A stretch of DNA of 64,000 nt from Alcaligenaceae bacterium (GTDB lineage: Bacteria; Pseudomonadota; Gammaproteobacteria; Burkholderiales; Burkholderiaceae_B): positions 116,120 to 180,119 of the forward strand of contig NSIQ01000026.1 in assembly GCA_002737415.1 (NCBI GenBank), given 5' to 3'. The position numbers were made by a program, and so were the translations under genes. Of the stretch, positions 49,472 through 58,897 are shown piece by piece (positions within the stretch are counted from its first letter, which is position 1; each line of letters begins with the position of its first letter). Below the pieces are notes generated by a model, which was not told the DNA's origin, made no database searches, and worked only from the letters and a program-made list of their open reading frames with translations.

Positions 49472-50425
49472 ATGAGCTTTAACACTAAAAACCCGAAAAT
49501 CGTTGTGTTGGGCGCTGGCGCCGTTGGCTGTTACTTTGGCGGCATGCTGGCACGTGCCGGCCAAAGCGTGACGCTGATCGCGCGACCTGAGCACGTCGCC
49601 GCCATCACGCAACACGGCTTGCATATGGATTGTCAAAGCTTCCAAGAATATGTTGCGGTCGCTGCGAGCATCGAACTTGCGGCGGTCGCCCACGCGGATC
49701 TAATTTTATTGTGTGTGAAATCGCCCGATACAGAAAAAACAATTGAAGCGATTATTCCTGACTTGCAAAAACATACGGCGATTATCAGCTTGCAAAATGG
49801 GGTCGATAACTGTGAGCGTATACGCGGTCTTGTCGATAATCCAGTGTTTGCGGCGGTGGTCTATGTTGCGACGATCATGGCCGGGCCCGGTCGACTGAAA
49901 CACCTTGGCCGAGGTGAGCTCGCGCTTGGCCAAGGAGACCCAAACGTACGCAGCGCGGCTGACGCCGAATTGCTCGAGGCCCTAGCGGCTTTACTCTGCG
50001 CGGGCGGCGTGCCGTGCAAGGTCTCAGTCGACATACGAAAAGACCAATGGAGTAAGTTTTTGGTGAACTGCAGCTACAACGCGATTTCGGCGATCGGTCA
50101 AATGACCTATGGCCAAATGGTACAAACTGAAGCTGTACGTGAGTTGATTCACCAACTAGGCGTTGAGGTGGTGAGCATTGCTCAGCGGCAGGGTATTGAA
50201 ATCACGCTCGCAGAGGCGCAAGGCGCTAATGACATGATCCCTAAGACCATGCCTGGCCAACTCTCTTCCACCGCACAAGATCTTGCCCGCAAAAAACCGA
50301 GTGAAATTGAATTTCTGAACGGCCTGGTGGTGCGTAAAGGTCAAGCGTACGGTATTGCCACGCCGGCCAATCAAAGTGTTTATGCCTTGGTCAAAATGCT
50401 CGAACAAGCACAACAATGTCGCTAA
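49472..50425 (+). CDS. Ketopantoate reductase (PanE/ApbA) family oxidoreductase
   Basis: GAGAVG, LCVKS, SLQNG, WSKFLVN and SSTAQD...SEIEFLNG motifs. Confidence 0.88.
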   Translation: MSFNTKNPKIVVLGAGAVGCYFGGMLARAGQSVTLIARPEHVAAITQHGLHMDCQSFQEYVAVAASIELAAVAHADLILLCVKSPDTEKTIEAIIPDLQKHTAIISLQNGVDNCERIRGLVDNPVFAAVVYVATIMAGPGRLKHLGRGELALGQGDPNVRSAADAELLEALAALLCAGGVPCKVSVDIRKDQWSKFLVNCSYNAISAIGQMTYGQMVQTEAVRELIHQLGVEVVSIAQRQGIEITLAEAQGANDMIPKTMPGQLSSTAQDLARKKPSEIEFLNGLVVRKGQAYGIATPANQSVYALVKMLEQAQQCR

Positions 50426-51585
50426 ATGGCAAGGCCTACATTGCGGGTGCCTTTGAGCATCCGACCCGCCTCGCACCTGAAAAATCGGTCGCCCAGCTGC
50501 ATGTCGAGTGTGCTGCCGGTGCCCTGAAAGACGCGGGCCTGAGTTTTGCCGATGTCGACGGTTACTTTTGTGCGGGTGACGCGCCTGGGGGCAGCCCTTT
50601 ACCCCTAGTCGACTACATGAATCTAAGACTCAAGTGGATGGATGGCACCGAGTTGGGTGGTTGCTCATACTTAGCGCATATTGAACATGCGGCAGCGGCG
50701 ATTGCCGCGGGCAAGTGCTCGGTGGCTTTGATCACGCTGGCGGGCAAGCCGCGCAGTCAGGGCCAGGCTGTTGGCACTGCGCCGCGGGTGCTCAGCGCTG
50801 AACGCCCCGAGACCCCGTGGGATCCGCCCTCGCGCTGGGGCATCGCTGGTATTTATGCCATGTATGCGATGCGTCATATGCATGAATACGGTACAACCTC
50901 TGAGCAGATGGCCTGGGTAAAAGTCGCAGCATCGCACCACGCCCAGCATAATCCTCATGCGCTGTTGCGCAAGGTCGTGACAGTTGAAGATGTCGTTACG
51001 TCGGCCATGATTGCCAAGCCCTTACATAGGCTGGATTGCTGCGTGATTACAGATGGCGGTGGCGCGCTGATCGTGACCCGCCCAGAAATCGCCCGAAGCC
51101 TGAAGCAACCCTTGGTCAAGATTCGCGGCTGTGGCCAAACCATTAAAACGAATAACGGCGGCGATATCGATGTGACGCGTACTGGCGCCGAACGCTCGGG
51201 CCCTCTCGCGTTTAACGAGGCGGGGATTGTGCCCGCTGACATCAAATACGCCTCGGTGTATGACAACTTCACTATTATGGTGATTACACAACTAGAAGAT
51301 TTAGGGTTTTGCAAAAAAGGCGAGGGCGGAAAATTCGTTGCTGATGGCAATCTCATCTCAGGGGTGGGCAAGCTACCCTGGAACACTGACGGTGGCGGTC
51401 TGTGCAACAACCATCCAATGAATCGGGGTGGCATTACCAAAGTGATCGAGGCCGTACGTCAGTTACGCGGTCAGGCCCACCCTGCAGTACAAGTAAAAAA
51501 CTGTGATCTGGCGTTGGCAAGCGGCCCAGGCCTTGTGTTGGGCGATGGTCACGCCCACGCCACCGTCATCTTTGAGCGAGAATAA
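50416..51585 (+). CDS. Thiolase-fold protein (SCP-x/Ltp2-like)
   Basis: HAQHNPHA, LDCCVITDGGGA, YDNF and NTDGGGLCNNHP motifs. Confidence 0.85.
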   Translation: MSLNGKAYIAGAFEHPTRLAPEKSVAQLHVECAAGALKDAGLSFADVDGYFCAGDAPGGSPLPLVDYMNLRLKWMDGTELGGCSYLAHIEHAAAAIAAGKCSVALITLAGKPRSQGQAVGTAPRVLSAERPETPWDPPSRWGIAGIYAMYAMRHMHEYGTTSEQMAWVKVAASHHAQHNPHALLRKVVTVEDVVTSAMIAKPLHRLDCCVITDGGGALIVTRPEIARSLKQPLVKIRGCGQTIKTNNGGDIDVTRTGAERSGPLAFNEAGIVPADIKYASVYDNFTIMVITQLEDLGFCKKGEGGKFVADGNLISGVGKLPWNTDGGGLCNNHPMNRGGITKVIEAVRQLRGQAHPAVQVKNCDLALASGPGLVLGDGHAHATVIFERE

Positions 51586-51589
51586 TGCG

Positions 51590-52009
51590 ATGCAAACGAA
51601 TGAATCTTTAGAGCACGCCATGGCAGCGCTGGCACAAGACCCCTACGTGGGGGCAAACCCCGAGTTACACGAGTTCTGGCAAGCCGCGGCGCGTCACGAG
51701 TTGCTTGTTAAAACGTGCACGCAATGTTCGCGTGCCCACTGGTATCCTAGAATGTTCTGCCCCTTTTGCGCCAGCGAAGACACCGAGTGGCGCAAGGCTT
51801 CGGGACTAGGAAAAATCTATGCGTTTAGCGAAGTCGTGCGCGCCGAACCTCCTTATATTCTGGCCTATGTGCGGCTTGACGAGGGGCCCGTCTTACTCAC
51901 GAATATGGTCGACTGCGATCCCGCCGCTCTGCATATCGATCAGGCCGTCAAGGTTCGGTTCAGGCCCGCACAAGAGGGACGCAGTTTTCCAGTTTTTACG
52001 CCAAACTAA
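51590..52009 (+). CDS. DUF35 Zn-ribbon/OB-fold protein
   Basis: FWQAA, CTQC...CPFC, PYILAYVRLDEGP; follows the thiolase-fold gene. Confidence 0.88.
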   Translation: MQTNESLEHAMAALAQDPYVGANPELHEFWQAAARHELLVKTCTQCSRAHWYPRMFCPFCASEDTEWRKASGLGKIYAFSEVVRAEPPYILAYVRLDEGPVLLTNMVDCDPAALHIDQAVKVRFRPAQEGRSFPVFTPN

Positions 52010-52111
52010 AGGTAACCAGATGCGCGACCTGAATCCTATGACCGTCGCCTTGCACGGAGCTATAGTCGCGCTAAGATCCGCCAATAATGCTTGATAAAAA
52101 AGAGGCCTTTT

Positions 52112-53104
52112 ATGACAAGTGCAGTTTTTATTTTGATCCGCCGCGGTGTTTTACTTTCAGCTGCTCTGGCGCTGCTTGGTGTTGTTGGAATCGCGAGCGC
52201 ACAAAGCCCAGCCGATAAATATCCAGAAAAATCCATCAAGATTGTCGTCCCGTTTCCACCGGGCGGCTCGACCGATGCACTCGGGCGCGCGATCGCTCAA
52301 AAGATGCAAGAAAAATGGGGACAGCCGGTGGTGGTTGAAAACCGCCCAGGCGCGAGCACGCTGATCGGCTCAACAGCGGTGGCGAAGGCGGCCCCCGATG
52401 GCTATACCCTAATTGTGTCGGTCAGTAGCCACACAACGAATCCAGCGATGCATTCAAGCATGCCCTTTGACACGCTTAAAGATTTCCAACCGATTAGCAT
52501 GCTTGCCCGCGCGCCTGTGCTGGTGGTAGCGAATCCGAATTTTCCGGCTAACAATATCAAAGAGCTGATCGAGCTCGGTCGGGCGGGCAAAGTCAAGTTA
52601 GATTACGGTTCCGCGGGTGTAGGAACAATGACGCACTTGACGGCCGAGTTGATTAAAAAGCAAACCGGTTTGGACTTAACCCATATCCTGTACAAGGGCG
52701 GTAATCCAGCGATGATTGATGTGATGTCGGGGCATCTCGCCCTCACGTTCGCCACGCTCGGGCAAGTGCAACCGCAGATTAAATCTGGCAGGCTCAAAGC
52801 ACTGGGGATTTCGTCTGATACGCGTTATGCCTCAGTGTCCGATATTCCCACGCTCAAAGAGCAAGGACTAGATGTTGTCACCATCGAGTGGTTCGGTTTA
52901 CTGGCACCGGCGGCAACGCCCCCAAGCATCATTGCCAAGTTAAACGCTGAGGTGAAGCAAATTATGGCCAATCCAGAACTGGGCGATCGCCTGGCTTCGA
53001 TCGAGCTTGTAAGCTCAAGCGCAGAGTTTCTTGAAAAGTTCATACAGACTGAGGTCAATCGCTGGGAGCCTGTCATTAAAGAGCTCAACATCAAAACGAA
53101 TTGA
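52112..53104 (+). CDS. Bug/TctC substrate-binding protein
   Basis: YPEKSIKIVVPFPPGG, ENRPGA and PDGYT motifs. Confidence 0.9.
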   Translation: MTSAVFILIRRGVLLSAALALLGVVGIASAQSPADKYPEKSIKIVVPFPPGGSTDALGRAIAQKMQEKWGQPVVVENRPGASTLIGSTAVAKAAPDGYTLIVSVSSHTTNPAMHSSMPFDTLKDFQPISMLARAPVLVVANPNFPANNIKELIELGRAGKVKLDYGSAGVGTMTHLTAELIKKQTGLDLTHILYKGGNPAMIDVMSGHLALTFATLGQVQPQIKSGRLKALGISSDTRYASVSDIPTLKEQGLDVVTIEWFGLLAPAATPPSIIAKLNAEVKQIMANPELGDRLASIELVSSSAEFLEKFIQTEVNRWEPVIKELNIKTN

Positions 53105-53118
53105 GGTTTGCTCAAACT

Positions 53119-54009
53119 ATGAAATCTGGTTCGCCTAATATCCCGACTGAGGTGCCCTTGGGCAAAGAGGTTGCATATCCAAAGGGCTATGACGCCTCGT
53201 TGTTGTTTCCGATGCCTCGGGTCGACGCGCGGTTGACCTTGAAGATACAAACCGGTGGCGCTGGCGCAGCCGCGCAGTCTGAAGTGGTGTTGCCGTTCAC
53301 AGGCTTCGATCTCTGGAACGCTTACGAAGTGTCTTGGCTCAATGCTAAGGGGTTACCTAAAGTCGTGTTGTTGCGACTAAAGGTGCCTTGTACCAGCCCA
53401 AATATCGTTGAGTCAAAGTCTTTGAAGCTTTATCTCAATAGCTTCAATCAAACTCGGTTTGACACGGTGCACCAAGTTTTTGAGCGCTTGCGAACAGATC
53501 TTGCGAAGGCCCTAGGCGCAGAACTTGAGCTTGAGCTCGTGGGCCCCGATCAGTTCGCGAACGAAAAAATACATGAGTTCACAGGAATCGATTTAGATAA
53601 GTTAGATATCGAAATCGACTGTTACGAGCCCGATGCCAGCATACTAAAGCCTCAAGCAGGCAAGTTAGCCCAGGCTTGCCCCGAGGTTTCTGAGCGGCTG
53701 TTCTCGCGATTGCTTAAATCAAACTGCCCGGTCACGGATCAGCCAGACTGGGCGTGCATACAGATTGAATACGCGGGCCCCGCGATTGATCATGCAAGTT
53801 TGTTGAAATATATCGTTTCATACAGAATGCACAATGGTTTTCATGAGCACTGTGTTGAAAAAATCTTTGTCGATATTCTCAAGCAGTGTGCGCCTCACTC
53901 GCTGTCTGTCTATGCGCGTTACACCCGTCGCGGCGGACTAGACATTAACCCTTGGCGCGCGACCTTTGACGTCAAACCGCCCAGCCTAGGACGTAGTGCC
54001 CGTCAATAG
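53119..54009 (+). CDS. queF: NADPH-dependent 7-cyano-7-deazaguanine reductase (two-domain)
   Basis: ESKSLKLYLNS, SNCPVTDQPD, FHEHCVE and RYTRRGGLDINP motifs. Confidence 0.95.
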   Translation: MKSGSPNIPTEVPLGKEVAYPKGYDASLLFPMPRVDARLTLKIQTGGAGAAAQSEVVLPFTGFDLWNAYEVSWLNAKGLPKVVLLRLKVPCTSPNIVESKSLKLYLNSFNQTRFDTVHQVFERLRTDLAKALGAELELELVGPDQFANEKIHEFTGIDLDKLDIEIDCYEPDASILKPQAGKLAQACPEVSERLFSRLLKSNCPVTDQPDWACIQIEYAGPAIDHASLLKYIVSYRMHNGFHEHCVEKIFVDILKQCAPHSLSVYARYTRRGGLDINPWRATFDVKPPSLGRSARQ

Positions 54010-54112
54010 ACTGTGTGATTGAAATCACTCAGGTTGTTTGTGAGCAATACAATCGACCACCATGTTTGATTACACGCAAGCACGCGCCGGTGAATGGTCG
54101 CCAACACACTCG

Positions 54113-55393
54113 TCAAAAAAGAGTTTGTACCGCACCCGTCACTTGATATTGTTCGTCGACCAACAAGACTTGTCGCCACTTATCGAACGTAAGGCAAGGG
54201 TGCGAGATGTCAAATGCCAGCATATCGCCAACATTGAGGTCAGCACCAGTGGGTATGCTCATAAACGCATGTTGATCCATCATGGCGGTAATCTTCCAGT
54301 CGCTCGGCGCGGGCTGTGGCGCTTGACTTGCACCCGGTCGATAGTGCAACGAGGTGATCGGCAGCCCGGCGTCAAACGCTGCATCGCGCTTACCCAAGGC
54401 AATAATCGCTCGGTTCGCCTCAGGCACGGCTTGAACGTAGGCCCACAACTGCAAAGCGGGTAATAAGCTGCGACCCATATCGCGTGCGACCGGGTTGCTG
54501 GCCTGTATGCGTTTCTCAGCATTGAGGTACACACCGACATCGTGGGTGAGATAGCAGCCCGGTCTTAAAATCACTTGCAAGGTTTGATTTGTCGAGAGAC
54601 TTTTATTGCCAAACTCTTCAGCCACAACGTCAAACCAGGCTGAGCCCGCGCCACTGAGTATCACCCGCGGCTCTGTAAACCTGTTTTGCAACGCGAGCGC
54701 CTGCGTTCGCGCCAGCACATGCTGTAGCAGATGCCGAATCGCTGGCTCTTCACTTAAAACACCTTCATAGAGTTCAACGCCGACAAGGCTTAAGACTTTT
54801 GGCCAGCGTGCGATGGCGTCAAGCACTGCCTGCTCTTGTACGAGATCGCGTATCCCAGTACGGCCGCCTTCAACTCCGTACTCGAGCAGTATTTTCAATG
54901 TCTGTTGATGGTCAGAAAAATATCGACCGAGCGCATCAGCATTCGCTGCCGAGTCCACAATGCAACAGAAGTAGAAGTTTGGATCTGCCTCTTGCAAGCG
55001 GGCGATGAGCGCCATATTGCCCTTGCCGACCAATTGGTTTGCCATGATGATGCGCGGTACGCCGTGCGATGCAGCGGCTTGCACTTGCGAAGCTGTAGCA
55101 AGTGTGATGCCCCAAGCGCCGTGCGCAAGCTGCATTTGAAAAAGCTCTGGGCTCATGGTCGTTTTGCCGTGCGGTGCAAGCTCGACACCGTAACGCTCGA
55201 TGAACTGCTTCATCCACACAAGGTTGTGTTCGATACGGCTTTGGCGCAACACGGCAACCGGCAGGCTCACGTCTTCGTTCAAAATACTCCAGCCCAGCGA
55301 ACGACACCCTGCCAAGGTGCTGCCAGAGGGCACAAAGCCTAAACCTTTGCCCAGCGTGTCAAGTTGTGTTTTTTGAACTAGATTTGATTGCAT
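54113..55393 (-). CDS. PLP-dependent D-amino acid deaminase/aldolase-like protein (DSD1, alanine racemase fold)
   Basis: LAPHGKTTM, RPGCY, MDQH and SHPCLTFDKW motifs. Confidence 0.85.
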   Translation of the reverse strand: MQSNLVQKTQLDTLGKGLGFVPSGSTLAGCRSLGWSILNEDVSLPVAVLRQSRIEHNLVWMKQFIERYGVELAPHGKTTMSPELFQMQLAHGAWGITLATASQVQAAASHGVPRIIMANQLVGKGNMALIARLQEADPNFYFCCIVDSAANADALGRYFSDHQQTLKILLEYGVEGGRTGIRDLVQEQAVLDAIARWPKVLSLVGVELYEGVLSEEPAIRHLLQHVLARTQALALQNRFTEPRVILSGAGSAWFDVVAEEFGNKSLSTNQTLQVILRPGCYLTHDVGVYLNAEKRIQASNPVARDMGRSLLPALQLWAYVQAVPEANRAIIALGKRDAAFDAGLPITSLHYRPGASQAPQPAPSDWKITAMMDQHAFMSIPTGADLNVGDMLAFDISHPCLTFDKWRQVLLVDEQYQVTGAVQTLF

Positions 55394-55453
55394 GGTTAAG
55401 GGTTACCTGAAGTGTTCGAGGATAGCCGTGATCGCCTGTTGATTCGCTTGACG

Positions 55454-55873
55454 TTATTCATCGGGAATTAGCCTTTTGCCCAAGCTCACCGAGGCATCGA
55501 TTTTGTAGCCGAGCGCTTCATAAAAGCCCAAGGCTTGCGCGTTTGTTCCACGCACCTGTAAGTTCAATTTTGGGCAGCCTGCCTTTAAAAGAAGGGCTTC
55601 ACCAAACTGCATGAGTTGCTTGGCGTAGCCGCGTCGCTGATGCTCAGGCGACACCGCCAGGTAGTTGACCCAGCCTCGATGGCCTTCGTAGCCAAACATG
55701 GCGCTCGCGACGATTTCATGTTTGATTTCGCCCACGACAAACCATTCAGGGTTGACCGCCAGTTTGCGTTCAATGTCTAGCTGCGGATTGTTCCACGCTC
55801 GGATCAGCTCGCAGCATTGCCAAAGACTGACAACTGCTTCTTTATCGTTTTTGATGAAAGGTCTTATATTCAA
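55454..55873 (-). CDS. GNAT acetyltransferase (YpeA-like)
   Basis: GYEGHRGWVNYLAV, GCPKLNLQVR and FYEALGY motifs. Confidence 0.88.
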   Translation of the reverse strand: MNIRPFIKNDKEAVVSLWQCCELIRAWNNPQLDIERKLAVNPEWFVVGEIKHEIVASAMFGYEGHRGWVNYLAVSPEHQRRGYAKQLMQFGEALLLKAGCPKLNLQVRGTNAQALGFYEALGYKIDASVSLGKRLIPDE

Positions 55874-55933
55874 TTAGAGTACCAGACTATACCGAGGCCA
55901 GTTCGAATCTAAAGAAGTGTCGCTTATTTGTCA

Positions 55934-55959
55934 AGATACGCTCTCAGATACGCTCTCAG
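55934..55959. repeat. 12-bp tandem direct repeat
   Basis: AGATACGCTCTC x2 followed by AG. Confidence 0.8.
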
Positions 55960-56334
55960 CCTGACAGAACCTCAAGATTTGTTACCAAATAGTCAGTGAT
56001 CTTTTCTTCTGAAGTATTGGTAACGACCAATGTGCATTTGGTATCGCGCAATGCGCGGACAGCCTCCCCTCTCAGGGGGAGGTTGTCAACCAGCAAGCGT
56101 CTGCGTAGCTCAACAACTTACGCGCACTCTCTGGTCCGGTCACCGGAAGCCCGTGCGGGTCAAGTAAGCCAAGGCCCAACAGTCACCGAAACGGTATCGA
56201 ACTTCACATCCGGCGGAAAGAATTTTCCGACAAGATAATTTGAATAGAATTATTTGACGCCAAGTCACTGGCCTTGCAGCATTACCGAACAAATCTCGAC
56301 ATTGCTGCGATTAAGATAATGCCTAGCTAGCGCA

Positions 56335-56350
56335 TGGCATACTGTTTGCT
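56335..56350 (+). promoter_or_regulatory. Candidate sigma54 promoter of the MFS gene
   Basis: TGGCAT-ACTGT-TTGCT with correct GG-N10-GC spacing, about 85 bp upstream of the start. Confidence 0.55.
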
Positions 56351-56432
56351 AAATTCAATTGCTCTTTGCGCGTTAAGGTGTGCCCGTCTCGACAGTGATC
56401 TGCCAGGTCTTTGTCGACCGCAGTGAACTCAG

Positions 56433-57782
56433 GTGAATATGATTAAAACCGCTGCAGTCAAAGATACAACCGAACGCAATCGCGCTTTTAGCGGCTGGGT
56501 ATCGCGCGTCCCTTTTTATTATGGTTGGGTGCTGATTGGGATCGCGTTCCTTACGATCGCGATCGGGATTAGCGCCCGAACGTCGTTTTCGCTCTTGCTG
56601 CCCCCCCTCATCGACGAATTTCACTGGTCGCGCGGCCTCGCCTCGGGGTCTTTTGCATTTGGATTTTTAGTGTCAGCGCTGATCAGCCCCACTGTTGGGC
56701 AAGTGATGGATCGCTATGGGCCTCGTTGCTTGCTTCTCGCTGGCGCCTGCCTCACTGCGCTGGGCTTGTTGCTGGCCACAATGATGCAAGAACCTTGGCA
56801 GCTCTATGCAACGCTCGGGTTTCTTGTAGGAGGCGGTACAAACCTCATGGGGTTTAGCGTTCACTCGATCTTTTTACCCAACTGGTTTGTGCGCCGTCGC
56901 GGCTTGGCGCTTGGTATTGCGTTTTCAGGAGCAGGCGTTGGGGCGTTGGTCATCTTGCCGTGGTTGCAAGAGATTATCGTTCGCGCAGGCTGGCGTGCTT
57001 CGTGTTTGGCGCTCGGGGCAGTCGTGTTGTTTGTTCTTGCACCACTTAGTTTTTTTGTTTGGCGCCGCCCTGAGGATGTCGGGCTGGAGCCAGACGGGCA
57101 GCGTGGCCAGACCGAGGCCGAAGTCAGTACAAGGGTGTCAAACGTTGTTGACCACGCATGGGTAAACGCCGAATGGACCATTGCAAAGGCGATGCGAACC
57201 CATCGTTTTTGGTGCATCATTTTTGGCTATTTTTGCGCACTATTTGCATGGTACGCGGTACAAGTGCATCAAACAAAATATCTTGTAGAAATTGGCTTTA
57301 GCCCAGCCACGTCGGCCTGGGCGCTGGCACTTGTGAGTGCCTTCGGTATGTTTGGTCAAATCGGCATGGGCGCACTATCTGATCGGATTGGTCGAGAGTG
57401 GGCGTGGGGCGCAAGCTGCTTGGGTTCAGCGATCTCGTGCGCGGCACTGCTCGCTCTTGAGGGGTCGCCGACTCAATGGTTACTGTATGCGATGGTGATC
57501 TCTCAGGGCGTGTTGGGCTATGGTATCACTGCCTTGATGGGGCCCATTGTGATGGAAATTTTTCAAGGAAAATCCTTCGGCTCAATCTTCGGGGTCGTTA
57601 CGATCGCAGTGATGGCGGGAGGCGCGGTGGGACCTTGGGTAACAGGGGTGATTTACGATGAAACGGGCAGCTATCGTGTTGCCTTTGCGCTCTCGCTTGT
57701 GTGTTGTTTGCTATCGAGTATTGCGATTTGGATCGCAGCTCCGCGCAAAGTGCGGTTGGTGCAAGGAAGGATTAAACGGTGA
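56433..57782 (+). CDS. MFS transporter
   Basis: About 12 hydrophobic segments, GQVMDRYGPR and GALSDRIGR motif A copies, NWFVRRRGLA. Confidence 0.92.
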   Translation: MNMIKTAAVKDTTERNRAFSGWVSRVPFYYGWVLIGIAFLTIAIGISARTSFSLLLPPLIDEFHWSRGLASGSFAFGFLVSALISPTVGQVMDRYGPRCLLLAGACLTALGLLLATMMQEPWQLYATLGFLVGGGTNLMGFSVHSIFLPNWFVRRRGLALGIAFSGAGVGALVILPWLQEIIVRAGWRASCLALGAVVLFVLAPLSFFVWRRPEDVGLEPDGQRGQTEAEVSTRVSNVVDHAWVNAEWTIAKAMRTHRFWCIIFGYFCALFAWYAVQVHQTKYLVEIGFSPATSAWALALVSAFGMFGQIGMGALSDRIGREWAWGASCLGSAISCAALLALEGSPTQWLLYAMVISQGVLGYGITALMGPIVMEIFQGKSFGSIFGVVTIAVMAGGAVGPWVTGVIYDETGSYRVAFALSLVCCLLSSIAIWIAAPRKVRLVQGRIKR

Positions 57783-57817
57783 TATGACCGAGAAATGCCA
57801 AAAGGTTGGGTTTGGAC

Positions 57818-57980
57818 TTAGGACTTGTCAATCATCTCTTTAATAATCTTGCCGTCCTTAATGTAAATAAAAGGTGTGCCAGTTTCTTGTGACACTTTTC
57901 GAGCCAATTTTCTTGAACGTTTTAACGCTCGAATAATGACTTGTACGTGCTCTGGATATTTTGGGGACTAATCTAGGCAT
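57818..57980 (-). pseudogene. Frameshifted small basic partner of the AAA/zeta-toxin-like ATPase
   Basis: The ATG at 57980 is out of frame with PKYPEHVQVIIRALKRSRKLARKVSQETGTPFIYIKDGKIIKEMIDKS*; the span is 163 nt. Confidence 0.55.
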
Positions 57981-57994
57981 TAGTTTTTACCTTT

Positions 57995-58500
57995 CTAGTC
58001 GATAGGCGTTGGGTCTGAATCCGTATTGTCCAAGACATGCCAATCATCGAGTAAGACTTTGTAAATTGTATTGAAATTCTCGAGCCCTGCAATAAATCGA
58101 CGCTTGATGACATCGGCAGGGATGTTGTGACCCCCTTGTTTCACTCTGTTTCGTACTCGCTCAAGGGCTATGTTTGATGATCTGAGAGATAAGAATATCA
58201 GTGACACATGATAGCCAGCAGAACGCCCTTGGCTGATATGTCGCGCATAGCCTAGCCCAGAAAGTGTAGTTTCGATGACAAAGCTTTCGCGCGCTTTAAC
58301 TAGGTGTTTGATCTGACCTAGCATGACTCGTCCGGCAGTGTAGCTAGTTCGGGCTCAAAAGGGGACATATCAGCCGCTATGAGATTGGCATTGACAAATT
58401 GTTTTAAGCCAAGTTCTTTGCGAACAAATTCTCTTGCAAAAGTTGTTTTGCCTGCGCCGTTGCGACCAGCAAGAATGAGGATTTTGGGTGTGTTTGTCAA
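57995..58500 (-). pseudogene. Frameshifted zeta-toxin-like / AAA P-loop ATPase
   Basis: The N-half (ILAGRNGAGKTTFA, FVNA.LIA) and C-half (IETTLSG, RVKQGGHNIP, LDN) are in different frames, with the break near 58335. Confidence 0.8.
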
Positions 58501-58622
58501 AGGTGAAGAATCTCGCTTGTAAATGTTGTGCCGCAACCCGCGCAAAGCAATCGTCGGCCTGCACCTCGAGTCATCGAATAACAGTAATTTTGAATTTACC
58601 TTGAGAATCAAGGATTTAAGTG

Positions 58623-58707
58623 TGGTGCCCGAGGCCGGAATCGAACCGGCACGCCTTGCGGCGGGGGATTTTGAGTCCCCTGCGTCTACCAATTTCACCA
58701 CCCGGGC
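58623..58707 (-). tRNA. tRNA-Leu (CAA)
   Basis: 85 nt: GCCCGGG acceptor stem, TGGTAGAC D-loop, CTCAAAA anticodon loop, long variable arm, GGTTCGATTCC, encoded CCA. Confidence 0.97.
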
Positions 58708-58897
58708 CTTGGGGGATCGCGCGCGAGGCGCTTTGGAACGAAGACGTGCATTATACGGTGTAATAAAAGTCGTGCGCGCGAGGCTGCGCTTAGGTATCCT
58801 CAAGCACTGCACATCGGTCTGCTCAAGCCGCGGTTCGCCTCGGCCGCTTCGGTAAGATCTGTCGCAAACACGATCCACCACAGTCAACGGTCACACC

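Noticed and set aside
52020-52094. 24-codon ORF MRDLNPMTVALHGAIVALRSANNA after the DUF35 gene
   Set aside because: Too short, weak RBS and no recognisable motif.
55996-56238. 80-aa plus-strand ORF over the hairpin-rich region
   Set aside because: No RBS and a Ser/Arg/Thr-rich, non-protein-like composition. The region was also considered as an IscB omega-RNA, group II intron or retron remnant, but I found no diagnostic motif or partner protein.
58318-58887. 189-aa minus-strand ORF spanning the tRNA
   Set aside because: The N-terminal part is a translation of tRNA-Leu and intergenic DNA; only the last 60 or so codons belong to the ATPase pseudogene.
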